A stretch of 64,000 nucleotides of DNA from Candidatus Latescibacterota bacterium (GTDB taxonomy: Bacteria > Latescibacterota > UBA2968 > UBA8231), in assembly GCA_965197905.1 (NCBI GenBank), contig CBDAOB010000004.1, forward strand, positions 608,001 to 672,000, written 5' to 3'. Positions 34,639 through 44,699 of the stretch are shown in pieces. The translations under genes were made by a program, and so were the position numbers. The notes under the pieces are model-generated. The model was not told the DNA's origin, did not search any database, and was given only the letters and a program-made list of their open reading frames with translations. How positions within the stretch are numbered: the first letter of the stretch is position 1; the number at the start of each line of letters is the position of its first letter.

Positions 34639-36198
34639 ATGGAAGCAACCAAACGCAGAATTCTCTGGGCCGACGACGAAATCGATCTCTTGCGCTCCCA
34701 CCATCTCTTCCTCGACGAGAAAGGTTTCGCGGTAACCCCGGTCACCAACGGTGAAGATGCCATCGCTCTCATGCAGAACGAACAGTTCGACATCGTCCTG
34801 CTGGATGAGATGATGCCGGGATTGGACGGCCTGTCGACCCTTGAGCAGATCAAAGGCCTCGATCCCAACGTCCCGGTTATCATGATTACCAAGAATGAAG
34901 AAGGGCGATTGATGAACGAAGCCATCGGCCGCCGCATCGACGACTATCTGACCAAGCCGGTCAACCCGAGTCAGATTTTCCTGGCATGCAAGAAGATTCT
35001 AGACGCTCGGCAGATTCGCCAGAGTCAAGCGGGACAGACGTACGTTTCGAAAGCGAGCCAGATAAACGCGTGGCTAGGCGAAAAAATTACCTGGCAGACG
35101 TGGATCAACATCCATCGCCTCATTTCCGAATGGGAGATAGAGATCGCTCACCTGGGTGATCGGCAGTTGAACCAAATGATCGAGGATCAGAAGAAGGAGT
35201 GCAATCACGAGTTTGGGCGCTTCATCGAACGCAACTACGTCAATTGGGTTCAGAGCGAGGAGGACTCTCCGCCCCTTTCCGTCGATATCGTCCCCGAATT
35301 CGTACATCCGCTGCTGGAGCGCGGAAGGCAGGTGTTCTTCATCGTAGTCGATTGTCTGCGGCTCGATCACTGGATGATCATGGAGCCGCTTCTATCCGAG
35401 CTTTTCAACATTAAACGCTCGTATCACTATTCCATCATACCGTCGGCCACGCCCTTCTCGCGCAATTCAATCTTCAGTGGGTTGTTCCCGAGCGAAATAG
35501 AGCAGAAATATTCGAATATCTGGCAATCGGCGCAGGACAACGAGCACAGTCTGAACCGCCACGAACATCAATTTATCGACGATCAACTGGCCGAGCTGGG
35601 GTTGAAGCTCAAGTCAACCCATTATACCAAGGTTCTGGACGTCAACGAAGGAAACAATTTCGCTCGGCGTGTTCCGTCACTGAACAGCGTGCCGCTGGTC
35701 TGCGTCGTTTACAACTTCCTCGACATGCTGGTTCACGGTAGAGCCCAATCCGACCTGCTGAAGGAGATCGCTCCCGATGAGGGTGCGTTCAGATCGCTTG
35801 TGCACTCGTGGTTCGAACATTCTTCGTTGTATGCTGCCTTGCAACAGATCGCGCAGTTGGACGCTACTGTAGTTGTGACTACCGATCATGGCGCCATTCG
35901 CGGAACCAGGGCCAGCGTCGTGCATGGTGATCGGCAGACCTCCACAAATCTGCGCTACAAATATGGCAAGAATCTGCGTTGCGATAAGAAAGAGGCCGTG
36001 TTCATCGACGATCCGCCGCAGTTCGGTTTGCCGCAGCTGGGGCTGGGATCGACCTTCGCTATCGCCAAAGACGACTTCTACTTCGTCTATCCCACCAACT
36101 TCAACGAGTATCAGCGCCAGTACAAAGATAGCTTCCAACACGGTGGCATATCGCTGGACGAGCTCATTCTTCCGGTCGCTATCTTGGACCCGAAATAG
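34639..36198 (+). CDS. porX: PorX-type response regulator with a PglZ/alkaline-phosphatase domain
   Basis: Receiver motifs WADDE, LLDEMMP, LTKPVN; PglZ motifs VDCLRLD, PSATPFSRN, NFLDMLVH, TTDHG, FQHGGIS; followed by tsaE. Confidence 0.9.
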   Translation: MEATKRRILWADDEIDLLRSHHLFLDEKGFAVTPVTNGEDAIALMQNEQFDIVLLDEMMPGLDGLSTLEQIKGLDPNVPVIMITKNEEGRLMNEAIGRRIDDYLTKPVNPSQIFLACKKILDARQIRQSQAGQTYVSKASQINAWLGEKITWQTWINIHRLISEWEIEIAHLGDRQLNQMIEDQKKECNHEFGRFIERNYVNWVQSEEDSPPLSVDIVPEFVHPLLERGRQVFFIVVDCLRLDHWMIMEPLLSELFNIKRSYHYSIIPSATPFSRNSIFSGLFPSEIEQKYSNIWQSAQDNEHSLNRHEHQFIDDQLAELGLKLKSTHYTKVLDVNEGNNFARRVPSLNSVPLVCVVYNFLDMLVHGRAQSDLLKEIAPDEGAFRSLVHSWFEHSSLYAALQQIAQLDATVVVTTDHGAIRGTRASVVHGDRQTSTNLRYKYGKNLRCDKKEAVFIDDPPQFGLPQLGLGSTFAIAKDDFYFVYPTNFNEYQRQYKDSFQHGGISLDELILPVAILDPK

Positions 36199-36204
36199 TC
36201 CGCC

Positions 36205-36669
36205 ATGCCCGACGACGGTTCGGTGCTGACCGGTTCGCCCGAAGAGACCCAACAACTGGGCCGGGAACTCGCCGCCGAGCTCGTCGCTGGTGATGTGATA
36301 GCACTCACCGGCAACCTGGGCAGTGGCAAGACCTGTATGATTCAGGGTATCTGCCGGGGACTTGGGGTCTGCGATTACGTAAACAGCCCCACATTTGTGC
36401 TCGCAAACGAGTACGAGGGAATCCTAGGCGGACAGCCCATAACGGTTTTTCACCTGGATCTTTACCGTCTCACCCGCAGAACGGAGCTTGAAGATCTGGG
36501 CGCGGAGGAGTATTTTTACGGGCAAGGCATCTGTCTGGTAGAATGGGCTGACCGGGCAGAGGGCCTTTTACCCCTGAACCGACGGGACGTGCAGCTCGAA
36601 TACCTGGGTGATGACCAGCGACGCGTTACTGTGAAACACCTGACTCCCCGATCGTCTCCACAGACATAG
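36205..36669 (+). CDS. tsaE: tRNA t6A biosynthesis ATPase
   Basis: LTGNLGSGKT, VNSPTF, HLDLYRL, VEWA. Confidence 0.95.
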   Translation: MPDDGSVLTGSPEETQQLGRELAAELVAGDVIALTGNLGSGKTCMIQGICRGLGVCDYVNSPTFVLANEYEGILGGQPITVFHLDLYRLTRRTELEDLGAEEYFYGQGICLVEWADRAEGLLPLNRRDVQLEYLGDDQRRVTVKHLTPRSSPQT

Positions 36670-36725
36670 GGACTGTCGATAGTTTGCGACGGTCCCGCTC
36701 CCTGTTTTCGAAAAGAACATCGCAC

Positions 36726-37493
36726 TTGAAATCGACGATCTTCCAAAGGGTCGCGACCTGCCTACCAGTGCTGGTCGCGATCTCGGGACTGGCAATCGCT
36801 CGTCCGTTGGCCGCGTCAGAGCTGTTCCGCCTGATCGATAGCCCGACGGCCGGCTTGGTGAGCAAGGGGCGCTTCGGTCTGGACCTGCGGTTGTTTCCGA
36901 ACGGCGGTCTCGCCGCGGCTATACATGCTGGTGCGTTAGAGCGACTGACCATCGGCCTGGCGTTTGGCGGCGAGCAGATCATCGGCAATCGCTCGATTGA
37001 GTGGTATCCTCGGCTCGAGGCTAGCATACGCTATCGTTTGATCGAGGAGAGCACCCTGCTTCCTGCGGCGGCGGTCGGCTATGAAACCCAAGGCTACGGA
37101 TCGCATCAAAACAAGAGATACCAAATCAAGTCGAAGGGTTTGTTTCTGGCACTCAGCAAGAACTACGCTTCTGGCCTCGGCCAGTTCGCCGTTCATGGGG
37201 GCCTCAACTTGAGCAGGGAAAACGAGGATGGCGACGAAGACCTGTCGGGGTGGCTCGGACTCGACAAGAGCATGAACGACGAGCTCGTGGTTGTTGCGGA
37301 GTATGACTTCGCCTTCAACGACAACAGCCGCCAATCGTTGGGTTCAGGTGACGGGTATCTGAACAGCGGAGTCCGGTGGAGCATCATCCCGCAACTGACA
37401 CTGGGATTCTATCACAAGAACCTACTGAAGAGTGGGGTGCGTGGAACCGATTTGAGTCGCGAGTTGTCTGTTCTCTACACGGAAGGATTTTAA
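36726..37493 (+). CDS. YjbH-domain-like outer-membrane beta-barrel protein
   Basis: Signal peptide, LIDSPTAG motif, alternating beta-strands, C-terminal Phe; start codon uncertain. Confidence 0.65.
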   Translation: MKSTIFQRVATCLPVLVAISGLAIARPLAASELFRLIDSPTAGLVSKGRFGLDLRLFPNGGLAAAIHAGALERLTIGLAFGGEQIIGNRSIEWYPRLEASIRYRLIEESTLLPAAAVGYETQGYGSHQNKRYQIKSKGLFLALSKNYASGLGQFAVHGGLNLSRENEDGDEDLSGWLGLDKSMNDELVVVAEYDFAFNDNSRQSLGSGDGYLNSGVRWSIIPQLTLGFYHKNLLKSGVRGTDLSRELSVLYTEGF

Positions 37494-38809
37494 TGACGCT
37501 GGTATTCGTTCTCGTCCTGGTCATGACCTGCGGTGCCGTCGGGGGTCAGGAACGCCTGATCGGCAGTTTCTCTGGGCCGGGCGTGCGTGCCATGGGCATG
37601 GGCGGAGCGTACATCGCCATTGCTGACGACTTTACTGCGACCTTTTGGAATCCCGCGGGACTGACTCAGATCAAAAATAAAGCGGTCTACGCGGCGTTCC
37701 TGCGCAACTCGTTTGACAACGAAGCGCACCGGCAGGATTTCAACCGGACGCAAAGCGAGGTGGAAAACACCAGTTTCGGATCGCTGGGGGTGGTCTACCC
37801 CTACCCTGTCTATCGTGGCAGTCTCGTATGGGCTGCCGGGTTCAACAGAACCAACGACTTCGATTCGGTAATTCGCATCCAGGGCTTCAGCGGAATCGAT
37901 AGTCTTCAGGTGGACAACACCTTCAGCCACGAGGGGCAGCTGGGGGCCATAGCGCTTGCCGGCGCGATCGATGTATCGCCGGCCGTGGCGCTCGGGCTGA
38001 CGATAAACCTCTTATCAGGTGAAGACGAGAATATTCGCGAGTTCACGTGGGAGGACACCGAAGATTATTACGTCGAGCGAAAATGGGTTGCTCGTGACGT
38101 ATTCCTGGATGACTACGACACCTCGTTCAGCACCACGCTTGGGGCCCACGTTCGGTCCTCGGCGGAGAATCCAAAGGTTCGATTCGGCGCCACCGTAACC
38201 ACGGGATCGACACATAACATCAGTTATTCATTCAAGGCGGTACCGGATGGGGGTTTCAACCTGATCGAATACGATGACGGGAGCGATCCCGATACCAACC
38301 TGAACGTCATCGAGGACGACTCCTACAAGATCTCATTGCCGTTGCAGTTCGGGGCCGGCGTTGCCGTCGAACCACAACCGGGCGTTTTGCTGTCCCTCGG
38401 TGCGCAGGTGGCCGAGTGGTCACAGAGCGACTACAAAGGCCGCGACGAGGATGATTTGCGGGCGAATGCCACATTCGATACCCAGTACGAGGATGTAATC
38501 CGCTACCACATTGGGGTTGAGTACATGGTCCCCCAGGTAACGCTCGATCTGCGCGCTGGCTTCTATACCGACCCGCTGCCATTCGTCGGACCGAGGAATG
38601 CGGAGCTCAGCGTAGACCCGGACACCAATCCCCTCATCATCGTCAAACAAGACCGGCGTTATTTCACCCTGGGAGCTGGAATGCTCTTCGATCGTGTACT
38701 TCAAGTAGATCTCGCTTGGACCAGAGGTAGTTTCGAGCAAGTTGAAGGTATCGACAGCGAGAAGAGCACGGTGAGCCGCTTCTTCGTCTCGGGTGGATAT
38801 CAATTTTGA
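37493..38809 (+). CDS. FadL/OmpP1-family outer-membrane barrel
   Basis: Plug motif RAMGMGGAYIAIADD.TA.FWNPAGL; C-terminal GYQF; start overlaps the upstream stop (TAATG). Confidence 0.85.
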   Translation: MTLVFVLVLVMTCGAVGGQERLIGSFSGPGVRAMGMGGAYIAIADDFTATFWNPAGLTQIKNKAVYAAFLRNSFDNEAHRQDFNRTQSEVENTSFGSLGVVYPYPVYRGSLVWAAGFNRTNDFDSVIRIQGFSGIDSLQVDNTFSHEGQLGAIALAGAIDVSPAVALGLTINLLSGEDENIREFTWEDTEDYYVERKWVARDVFLDDYDTSFSTTLGAHVRSSAENPKVRFGATVTTGSTHNISYSFKAVPDGGFNLIEYDDGSDPDTNLNVIEDDSYKISLPLQFGAGVAVEPQPGVLLSLGAQVAEWSQSDYKGRDEDDLRANATFDTQYEDVIRYHIGVEYMVPQVTLDLRAGFYTDPLPFVGPRNAELSVDPDTNPLIIVKQDRRYFTLGAGMLFDRVLQVDLAWTRGSFEQVEGIDSEKSTVSRFFVSGGYQF

Positions 38810-39031
38810 GTCGATAATACGTAACATACTGTAATTACTTGTTTTAGAAATATTTTGTCCGGAAACGAGAAAATTTAACTGACACCGACTATAGATTTGT
38901 TTGACGGTTGACCCGAGTTTTGTTAATTATAGCTTTGAGTTGAAAAACCGAAATAAGTACATGGAACCGAGTGCCGGTTTCTTGTGTTCTACATAGTGGA
39001 GCAGAAGATGCCATCGAGAAAGTGGGGAACC

Positions 39032-39748
39032 ATGAAATCGAAATCACTGATAACGTGCCTCGTATCTGCCGCGTTTGTGTTGAGTGGTTGTTACACCACG
39101 CTACATGGGCCGCGTATGGCGACGGATGTTGCCTCACAGGAAGAGGAAGCGTACGCCGACTGGGATGAGAACAATGTGCGCTTGAGCCGCTTCCAGGGTA
39201 ATGTCGATCCATGGAACGACTTCTATTATCCAGAGCCCAATGGCTACGGGCAGGGAGCGTATGGCGCCCTTGGTGGGTATGGAGGTTTCCCGATCTTCGG
39301 GTACGATTCCCGCAACGGTCTCTACGGCGCCGGCGGAGGGCCCGGAGGTTATTCGCCTTATGGTTCTGCCTACGATCCGTACAATGGATACGGTGGTGGG
39401 CCGTACGGATACGGCGCGGATCCCTACTACTACGACTCTGGCGGTGCTTACATCCCGCCGGGCTACGAGTTGGTGACAATCTCCGAGCTGGATCAGCTGA
39501 GGGCAGCGCAGAACTCGCTGTCGACGCCATCCGCGCCCACCTCCGACCTCGATGCACTCACCCTGAGGCGGGAGAAGCAACGAAAACGCGATTACGTTTG
39601 GGAGCAGCGCGCTACCCCGACCCGTTCGGCGCCACCGAAAACGGTCAGAACGGCACCCGCGGGATCGACAGGAGAGGCGTCGTCGTCCTCGTCCAAGACA
39701 ACATCCGGGAAATCGAGCGGCAAGCCAAAGCGCCGCGGCGGTCGCTGA
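39032..39748 (+). CDS. Gly/Tyr/Pro-rich low-complexity lipoprotein
   Basis: MKSKSLITCLVSAAFVLSG-C lipobox; GYG/PYG-rich middle; Ser/Lys/Arg-rich tail. Confidence 0.8.
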   Translation: MKSKSLITCLVSAAFVLSGCYTTLHGPRMATDVASQEEEAYADWDENNVRLSRFQGNVDPWNDFYYPEPNGYGQGAYGALGGYGGFPIFGYDSRNGLYGAGGGPGGYSPYGSAYDPYNGYGGGPYGYGADPYYYDSGGAYIPPGYELVTISELDQLRAAQNSLSTPSAPTSDLDALTLRREKQRKRDYVWEQRATPTRSAPPKTVRTAPAGSTGEASSSSSKTTSGKSSGKPKRRGGR

Positions 39749-39769
39749 TCGAATCGACTACAAGAGGAT

Positions 39770-39810
39770 AAAAAAAGGGCGGTGGAGCAAGCTCCACCGC
39801 CCTTTTTCTT
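39770..39810. terminator. Bidirectional intrinsic terminator
   Basis: AAAAAGGGCGGTGGAGC-AA-GCTCCACCGCCCTTTTT between convergent genes, with A/T tracts on both sides. Confidence 0.9.
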
Positions 39811-39829
39811 GTACCGGATATAGCGTCGT

Positions 39830-40522
39830 CTAGTCGCCGCTGATCTCGAATTCCCGCTGTTGCACCCGGGGAGGGGGCGCCACCAAAAACAGAAACCTGC
39901 GAACCGAAGTCCCTACGGTCGTCAGGAGCTGGCGCTCCGCCTGGTCGGAACCGCCGCCGAAAAGCTGGAGCTGAATCGGCTGGAAGTTGCGCTGCTGACC
40001 CGAACGGCGCCACACCTTGCCGGTGTGCAGATTGACCAGGCTCAACTGTATTTCCACGTTCATATCCATAGCCGGGTTCGGACCGAGAGCACCGCTATAA
40101 GGCGACGGCGTCACCGGCAGCATACGCGTCTGTAGACCGTTGAGTTCCACGTATACCATCGCGTCGATATTCATCTCTTCCCGGAAAGCGGTCCGCATTT
40201 CCTCGGTGTAGACCCGTCCCGAGTCGAGCTTAGTCTCCTTGAAATGCCAGATAATCTCATCCTGTGACACTACGGTGGTTTCCCTCATATTGCTGAGGCC
40301 GCGAGCCATCCCATCAGCCAACCGCGCCATCACCTTTTCGATGTCCAGTTGCCGAAATGGTTCGATGTTGGTTATGCAGAGAATCCCGATCCGCTCCACG
40401 TCCTCGAGAAGTGGCCGCAGAACCGGATTCGGCCTGGACGGGGCACGAAATTCAACGGTCTTGAAGCCGCCCGGGGTGGCACATCCGCACCAGAGCAGCA
40501 GGCACGGAATGACAATCTTCAC
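39830..40522 (-). CDS. Hypothetical lipoprotein
   Basis: GTG start gives (M)KIVIPCLLLWCG-C; the longer track ORF overlaps the Omp85 gene in another frame. Confidence 0.65.
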   Translation of the reverse strand: MKIVIPCLLLWCGCATPGGFKTVEFRAPSRPNPVLRPLLEDVERIGILCITNIEPFRQLDIEKVMARLADGMARGLSNMRETTVVSQDEIIWHFKETKLDSGRVYTEEMRTAFREEMNIDAMVYVELNGLQTRMLPVTPSPYSGALGPNPAMDMNVEIQLSLVNLHTGKVWRRSGQQRNFQPIQLQLFGGGSDQAERQLLTTVGTSVRRFLFLVAPPPRVQQREFEISGD

Positions 40523-40542
40523 AGAATGGAGTGAGAGTCGGA

Positions 40543-43500
40543 TCAAAAGCTCTGACCGAAACTGAAGTGAAAGCGGTAGTCGGAGTAGTTGCCCTGAAGA
40601 TCGGTTTGTTTCGCCCATTCGAGGTTCATTGGCAGGATGAAATAAACCATCAATCCGAATCCGACACTTGCGCGCAGGTTCCTTTTGCCGAGCGGTTCGA
40701 ATTGAGCATGGGGATCGTAGAGCGGCCACAGGTTGATTTCGTCCCCTTCGTTCCAGGCGGTCCCCATGTCGAGAAACGCTGTACCGTCGATGGCCGGGAT
40801 GACGAAGGATCCGGGCCAACCGAACGCGATGCCGCGGATGAACGGAACGCGCAGTTCGGCGTTCATCAACGCCACTCGGCTCCCCTGCAATTCGGACCAC
40901 CCGTACCCGCGCAATGGTCCGGTGTTCAGATTGAACCCCGCGTAGAATGGCTGCCACCAGGCTGGGCCGCCGAGATTGTAGCGCAGGGAATTGCGCCCCA
41001 GCGATCCGACGCCGGAGAATCTCGTGCCGAGCACCGACCAGCGGCCGAGGCGAAAATAGTGACGATAGTCGAGCTCTACATGGGAGAAGGATCGGCTATC
41101 TGCGGAAATATCCAGGGTGCGGCCGGCTGAAAGGAAATAACGCTTCCCTGCAGTCGGGCCCAACAGGCCGTAGGTGATGGAATCGTGCACGTACGCCGCT
41201 TTCAACAGGTGGGTACTGGTCGAGAGAACATCATCTGTTTGGGGGGTTCGACGCAGGCCGGAATAAACCTCCTCTTCCCTCTCGCCGACGAAGGTGTAAT
41301 TGAAATCAACCCGGCGATAGATATCGACGGGATAAGACATGTCCAGGATTACTCCGCGCTGCGAGCTCCTGACGATATTTCCACCGGCTCTTCCGAACGG
41401 ATCGCTGCTGAAGAACTGGTTCCAGTTGAACACCGCGGCGCTGTAGGTGGGTCGTCCGCCATAATACTGGTAGGAGCCGGCGAAATTAAAGTCGTTGCTG
41501 ATGTCCTGTGACGCGACGTAGTCGGTATAGAGAGCGAGGAAGTGATTGCCCAGCAGGTCACTCATGCTGAGTTGAGCGACAGATGAGAGAAATCCTCCCG
41601 ATGAATACCCCATCTGAAGGCTCACACCTTCGAATTCGAGCTTGGGAACGTATCGCCGTTTCGTCAGCTCACCCGTGGGGTTCTGTGCGGCTTCGAGCCC
41701 CGGTTCATTCTCGGCAGGCAACGTCGTCGCGGGACTGCCCGTACTATTCTCCAGCTGCGCGACACCCTGCGACATGTCCGCCAGGAGTACCGGGACGCTT
41801 TCGGCGGTGCCGGTCCGATTGCCCCCGTCGGCGCCGTCGCCTCTTTTCGAAAAATGGGCGCTGCTGGTCGCCATCGCGGTAGTATCGGCTGCTTGATACG
41901 CAAGCTGGGGAGTCGGTTCGTCACCGTGTTGTGGCACCCCCTCTTCACCCTTGGCGCGCGCAAGAAGGTCGCTGTGGGTGCGTTCCAGCTCCGGTCCGTC
42001 GGGGATGTCCATCCGGTACAACTCTCGTTTCCCCTGGTAGTAGGTGCTGAAAACAACCTGCTGACCGTCAGGAGAAAGATCGGGACTCATGATTCCACTG
42101 AGCGTCCGAGTCAACCGATACTCGCGACCACTGTCCAAATCGAAGACAAACAGATCGTTGATCTTGTCCCGCGTGGACACGAAAAGAAGCTTCTTCCCGT
42201 CGGGAAACCAACGAGGCCACATATCGTCGGTGGGCGATTGAACAACGGTGCGAGTTTTCCCAGTTTCGAAATCGTAGACCTTTACGTCGAACTGACCTTC
42301 ATGTTTACTGCAATAGGCGAGGTATCTTCCGTCGGGTGAAAAAGCGGGGTGATCGTCTCGCTGCGGGGTACCCGTAATCTGCGTCAGATCTCCACTGGAA
42401 ATATCGACTGTGTAGAGATCGCTTTGGCCGTAGCCGCTGCCCACGAATACGATTCGCTGGCTTTCGATGTCGAAGTCCAGCGCTTCGATGACCTCCAGAC
42501 CCTCGAAATCGATCTGCCGTTTCAGCTTCTTATCGTACAGCTCCCACAGCAGTATTTGATCCCGGGAACCCTTCTTGGCTACGAAGGCGATGGTGTGTCC
42601 GTCAGGCGCCCATGCCACCGTGCCTGAACCGAACGTCAGGTGGTCGTAGTCCGCAGCATGCATCCCGGTGGTGACCCGTTCAACCAGCGATCCGTCCCGC
42701 AAGCGGATGATGTCCACATGCTGTTCGATCGCATCGGAGGAGAGCACCGCCAGCATGTCACCGCTGAGGGACCACTTGGGCGCAGCATACGATTGGTACG
42801 GATTGTCAGGTTCGGCGACGCGTTTGCCGATTTCGGATATGTAATCGCGAGACTGGAGCAACGGCCAGTACTGTTTGCGCATATGTGCGGACCAACGCTC
42901 GTGGAGATCGCCCATATCGAGGCCCACCAGTCGCTCGAGAAGCCTGTCAGAGTCATTCTGACTATCCCAGAGTCGAAGAATGCGACTGATCTTCTCGGGC
43001 CCGTAGTTGTCGGCGATATACTCCATCAAGCTGTGGCTCTGTTTGTATCCCAGAAAAACGTTGCCGGTGCCCCACGCTGCGTTCATCACTTCAAGCGGAA
43101 TGAGCTGGTCAGTTAGAACGGCGTCGCGCAGCACCATCTCGTCGATGGTGTTGCGGCCCGGCGTGGTATACTCGGCCTGCCCCTCCATAATCCAGGTGGG
43201 CGGCGCGCTCAACGGGTTGGACAGGCGTTTGATGGGACCCTTGTAGAGAATGTCGTATTGGAAGATGTGGGTCAGCTCGTGCACCAGGACATTGCGGAAC
43301 TCGTCGAGGTCACCGGAAAACGGAATCACCATTCTATAGCGGAGCGGCTCGGCGAAACCGGCGACACCCGGGGGCAGGAATTCGTGAATGATGTTGGTTT
43401 GCTGAAACTCGTAGTGCGACTTGAAAATTACGACGGGAGGGCGGTGAGAGAGATCGTGATGGAGAATCTCACTGATGTGATCGTACCCCTCCTCCAAATA

Positions 43501-43740
43501 GGCGATGGCCTGCTCGGCGAGATCGTGAAACTCGGGCTCGTAGTAGAGATCCACGTGCTCGCTCTCGAGAATCCACCAGTCGAAATCCTTGTATCGTACC
43601 TTGTTCTTGCCGAACCCCTGCTGCAGTTGGGAGGTGAGAATGTCCTGCGCCGCGGCGGGACCGACCTGCACCAGGCCCGCAACGAGAATGGCGACAGCAA
43701 GAGGCGCGATGACACGGCTTGCGATCTTCTCAACAGTCAA
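40543..43740 (-). CDS. Zincin (HExxH) peptidase + PD40/TolB-like propeller + Omp85/BamA barrel fusion
   Basis: FGKNKV.Y, VHELTH, WIMEG.AEY; repeated P.(F/W)SPDG; GPLRGY lid loop; C-terminal FSFGQSF. Confidence 0.88.
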   Translation of the reverse strand: MTVEKIASRVIAPLAVAILVAGLVQVGPAAAQDILTSQLQQGFGKNKVRYKDFDWWILESEHVDLYYEPEFHDLAEQAIAYLEEGYDHISEILHHDLSHRPPVVIFKSHYEFQQTNIIHEFLPPGVAGFAEPLRYRMVIPFSGDLDEFRNVLVHELTHIFQYDILYKGPIKRLSNPLSAPPTWIMEGQAEYTTPGRNTIDEMVLRDAVLTDQLIPLEVMNAAWGTGNVFLGYKQSHSLMEYIADNYGPEKISRILRLWDSQNDSDRLLERLVGLDMGDLHERWSAHMRKQYWPLLQSRDYISEIGKRVAEPDNPYQSYAAPKWSLSGDMLAVLSSDAIEQHVDIIRLRDGSLVERVTTGMHAADYDHLTFGSGTVAWAPDGHTIAFVAKKGSRDQILLWELYDKKLKRQIDFEGLEVIEALDFDIESQRIVFVGSGYGQSDLYTVDISSGDLTQITGTPQRDDHPAFSPDGRYLAYCSKHEGQFDVKVYDFETGKTRTVVQSPTDDMWPRWFPDGKKLLFVSTRDKINDLFVFDLDSGREYRLTRTLSGIMSPDLSPDGQQVVFSTYYQGKRELYRMDIPDGPELERTHSDLLARAKGEEGVPQHGDEPTPQLAYQAADTTAMATSSAHFSKRGDGADGGNRTGTAESVPVLLADMSQGVAQLENSTGSPATTLPAENEPGLEAAQNPTGELTKRRYVPKLEFEGVSLQMGYSSGGFLSSVAQLSMSDLLGNHFLALYTDYVASQDISNDFNFAGSYQYYGGRPTYSAAVFNWNQFFSSDPFGRAGGNIVRSSQRGVILDMSYPVDIYRRVDFNYTFVGEREEEVYSGLRRTPQTDDVLSTSTHLLKAAYVHDSITYGLLGPTAGKRYFLSAGRTLDISADSRSFSHVELDYRHYFRLGRWSVLGTRFSGVGSLGRNSLRYNLGGPAWWQPFYAGFNLNTGPLRGYGWSELQGSRVALMNAELRVPFIRGIAFGWPGSFVIPAIDGTAFLDMGTAWNEGDEINLWPLYDPHAQFEPLGKRNLRASVGFGLMVYFILPMNLEWAKQTDLQGNYSDYRFHFSFGQSF

Positions 43741-44699
43741 CGTTCAGCCCTCCTGCTCCCGTTTCCCATCGATGGGTGCCCCTCACCGCTTCCCTCATCT
43801 GTCGTTGGCTCGGGATCCGCCGGGGTGACGACCGCCGCCGAATCGGGACTGTTCACCTGGTCCATGTCGAAAATTTCTATGCGGCCCAGACTGTCCGGAA
43901 CGGCTCGCCAACGCCGCTCGAGAAGATCGATATTACCGCGGTAGCGACGTTGCTTCGGATTCAACGCGTAGGCGCGACGGTACGCGTCCAGCGCCTCCTC
44001 CTCCTCGCCAAAATGTTCGTAAACGATACCGATGTTGTTGTAGAGGCTGGCAGAGGAGGAATCCTGCTCAATGGCGTGCTCCAAATGGGTACGGGCCTCT
44101 TTCCAAAGTCCGTTCTCTACACACCAGAAGGCGTATTCGTTGATCTGCTTCACGCTGCCTTGTTGTCCCTTGGTCCGCAGTATGCGGGCAGACTTGGTTG
44201 CCACCCGGGTTGGGGCCACAGGTTTCGTCGCGACGCTCTCAGATGCAGACTGCTCCAATTTATCGGGTTCCTCTACCAGTTCTGTTTCGTCAGCTGTATT
44301 CGAAGCCTGGCCAACGGGGGCTCGTTGGGTCACCTGCTGCGTTGCAGTTGAATCCGGACGGATTCCTTTGGCGTTTTCTCGCGGTTCACCGTCTAGCTCC
44401 GCCGCCACGATCTCCGCCGCGGGATCCGCTGTGGGGGCCGGTTGTGTGTCTGCAGCTGCGGTCGAGCCAGAGGGCGGCGTCACTTCGACGGCGGAACTGT
44501 CTGGCGCGTTTAACGCCGGGTCTGGACCCGCTGCCGCGTTTTCCTCTGCTCTCCCCGTCCCTTGGACATTCTGAGCTTGGGCAGGGTTCCCGTTGTCGAG
44601 CTCCGGCACGGGATGGGGATGCCGGCGGATGAGCTCCAAACAGCCGCTGGCAACCAGACCAGTGATGACACAGGGAATCAAGACGCGAGACGCAATCAA
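43737..44699 (-). CDS. TPR-repeat lipoprotein
   Basis: LVASG-C lipobox, long Ala/Pro linker, TPR helices (W.EA..HLE.A; LYNNIGIVYE..G....A...Y..A..LNP). Confidence 0.8.
   Translation of the reverse strand: MIASRVLIPCVITGLVASGCLELIRRHPHPVPELDNGNPAQAQNVQGTGRAEENAAAGPDPALNAPDSSAVEVTPPSGSTAAADTQPAPTADPAAEIVAAELDGEPRENAKGIRPDSTATQQVTQRAPVGQASNTADETELVEEPDKLEQSASESVATKPVAPTRVATKSARILRTKGQQGSVKQINEYAFWCVENGLWKEARTHLEHAIEQDSSSASLYNNIGIVYEHFGEEEEALDAYRRAYALNPKQRRYRGNIDLLERRWRAVPDSLGRIEIFDMDQVNSPDSAAVVTPADPEPTTDEGSGEGHPSMGNGSRRAER

Noticed and set aside
39830..40957. 375-aa ORF as given in the track (also the long starts of 44696..47710, 37376..38809 and 24348..25007)
   Set aside because: The N-terminal extensions overlap well-supported neighbours; signal peptides or RBSs mark later starts
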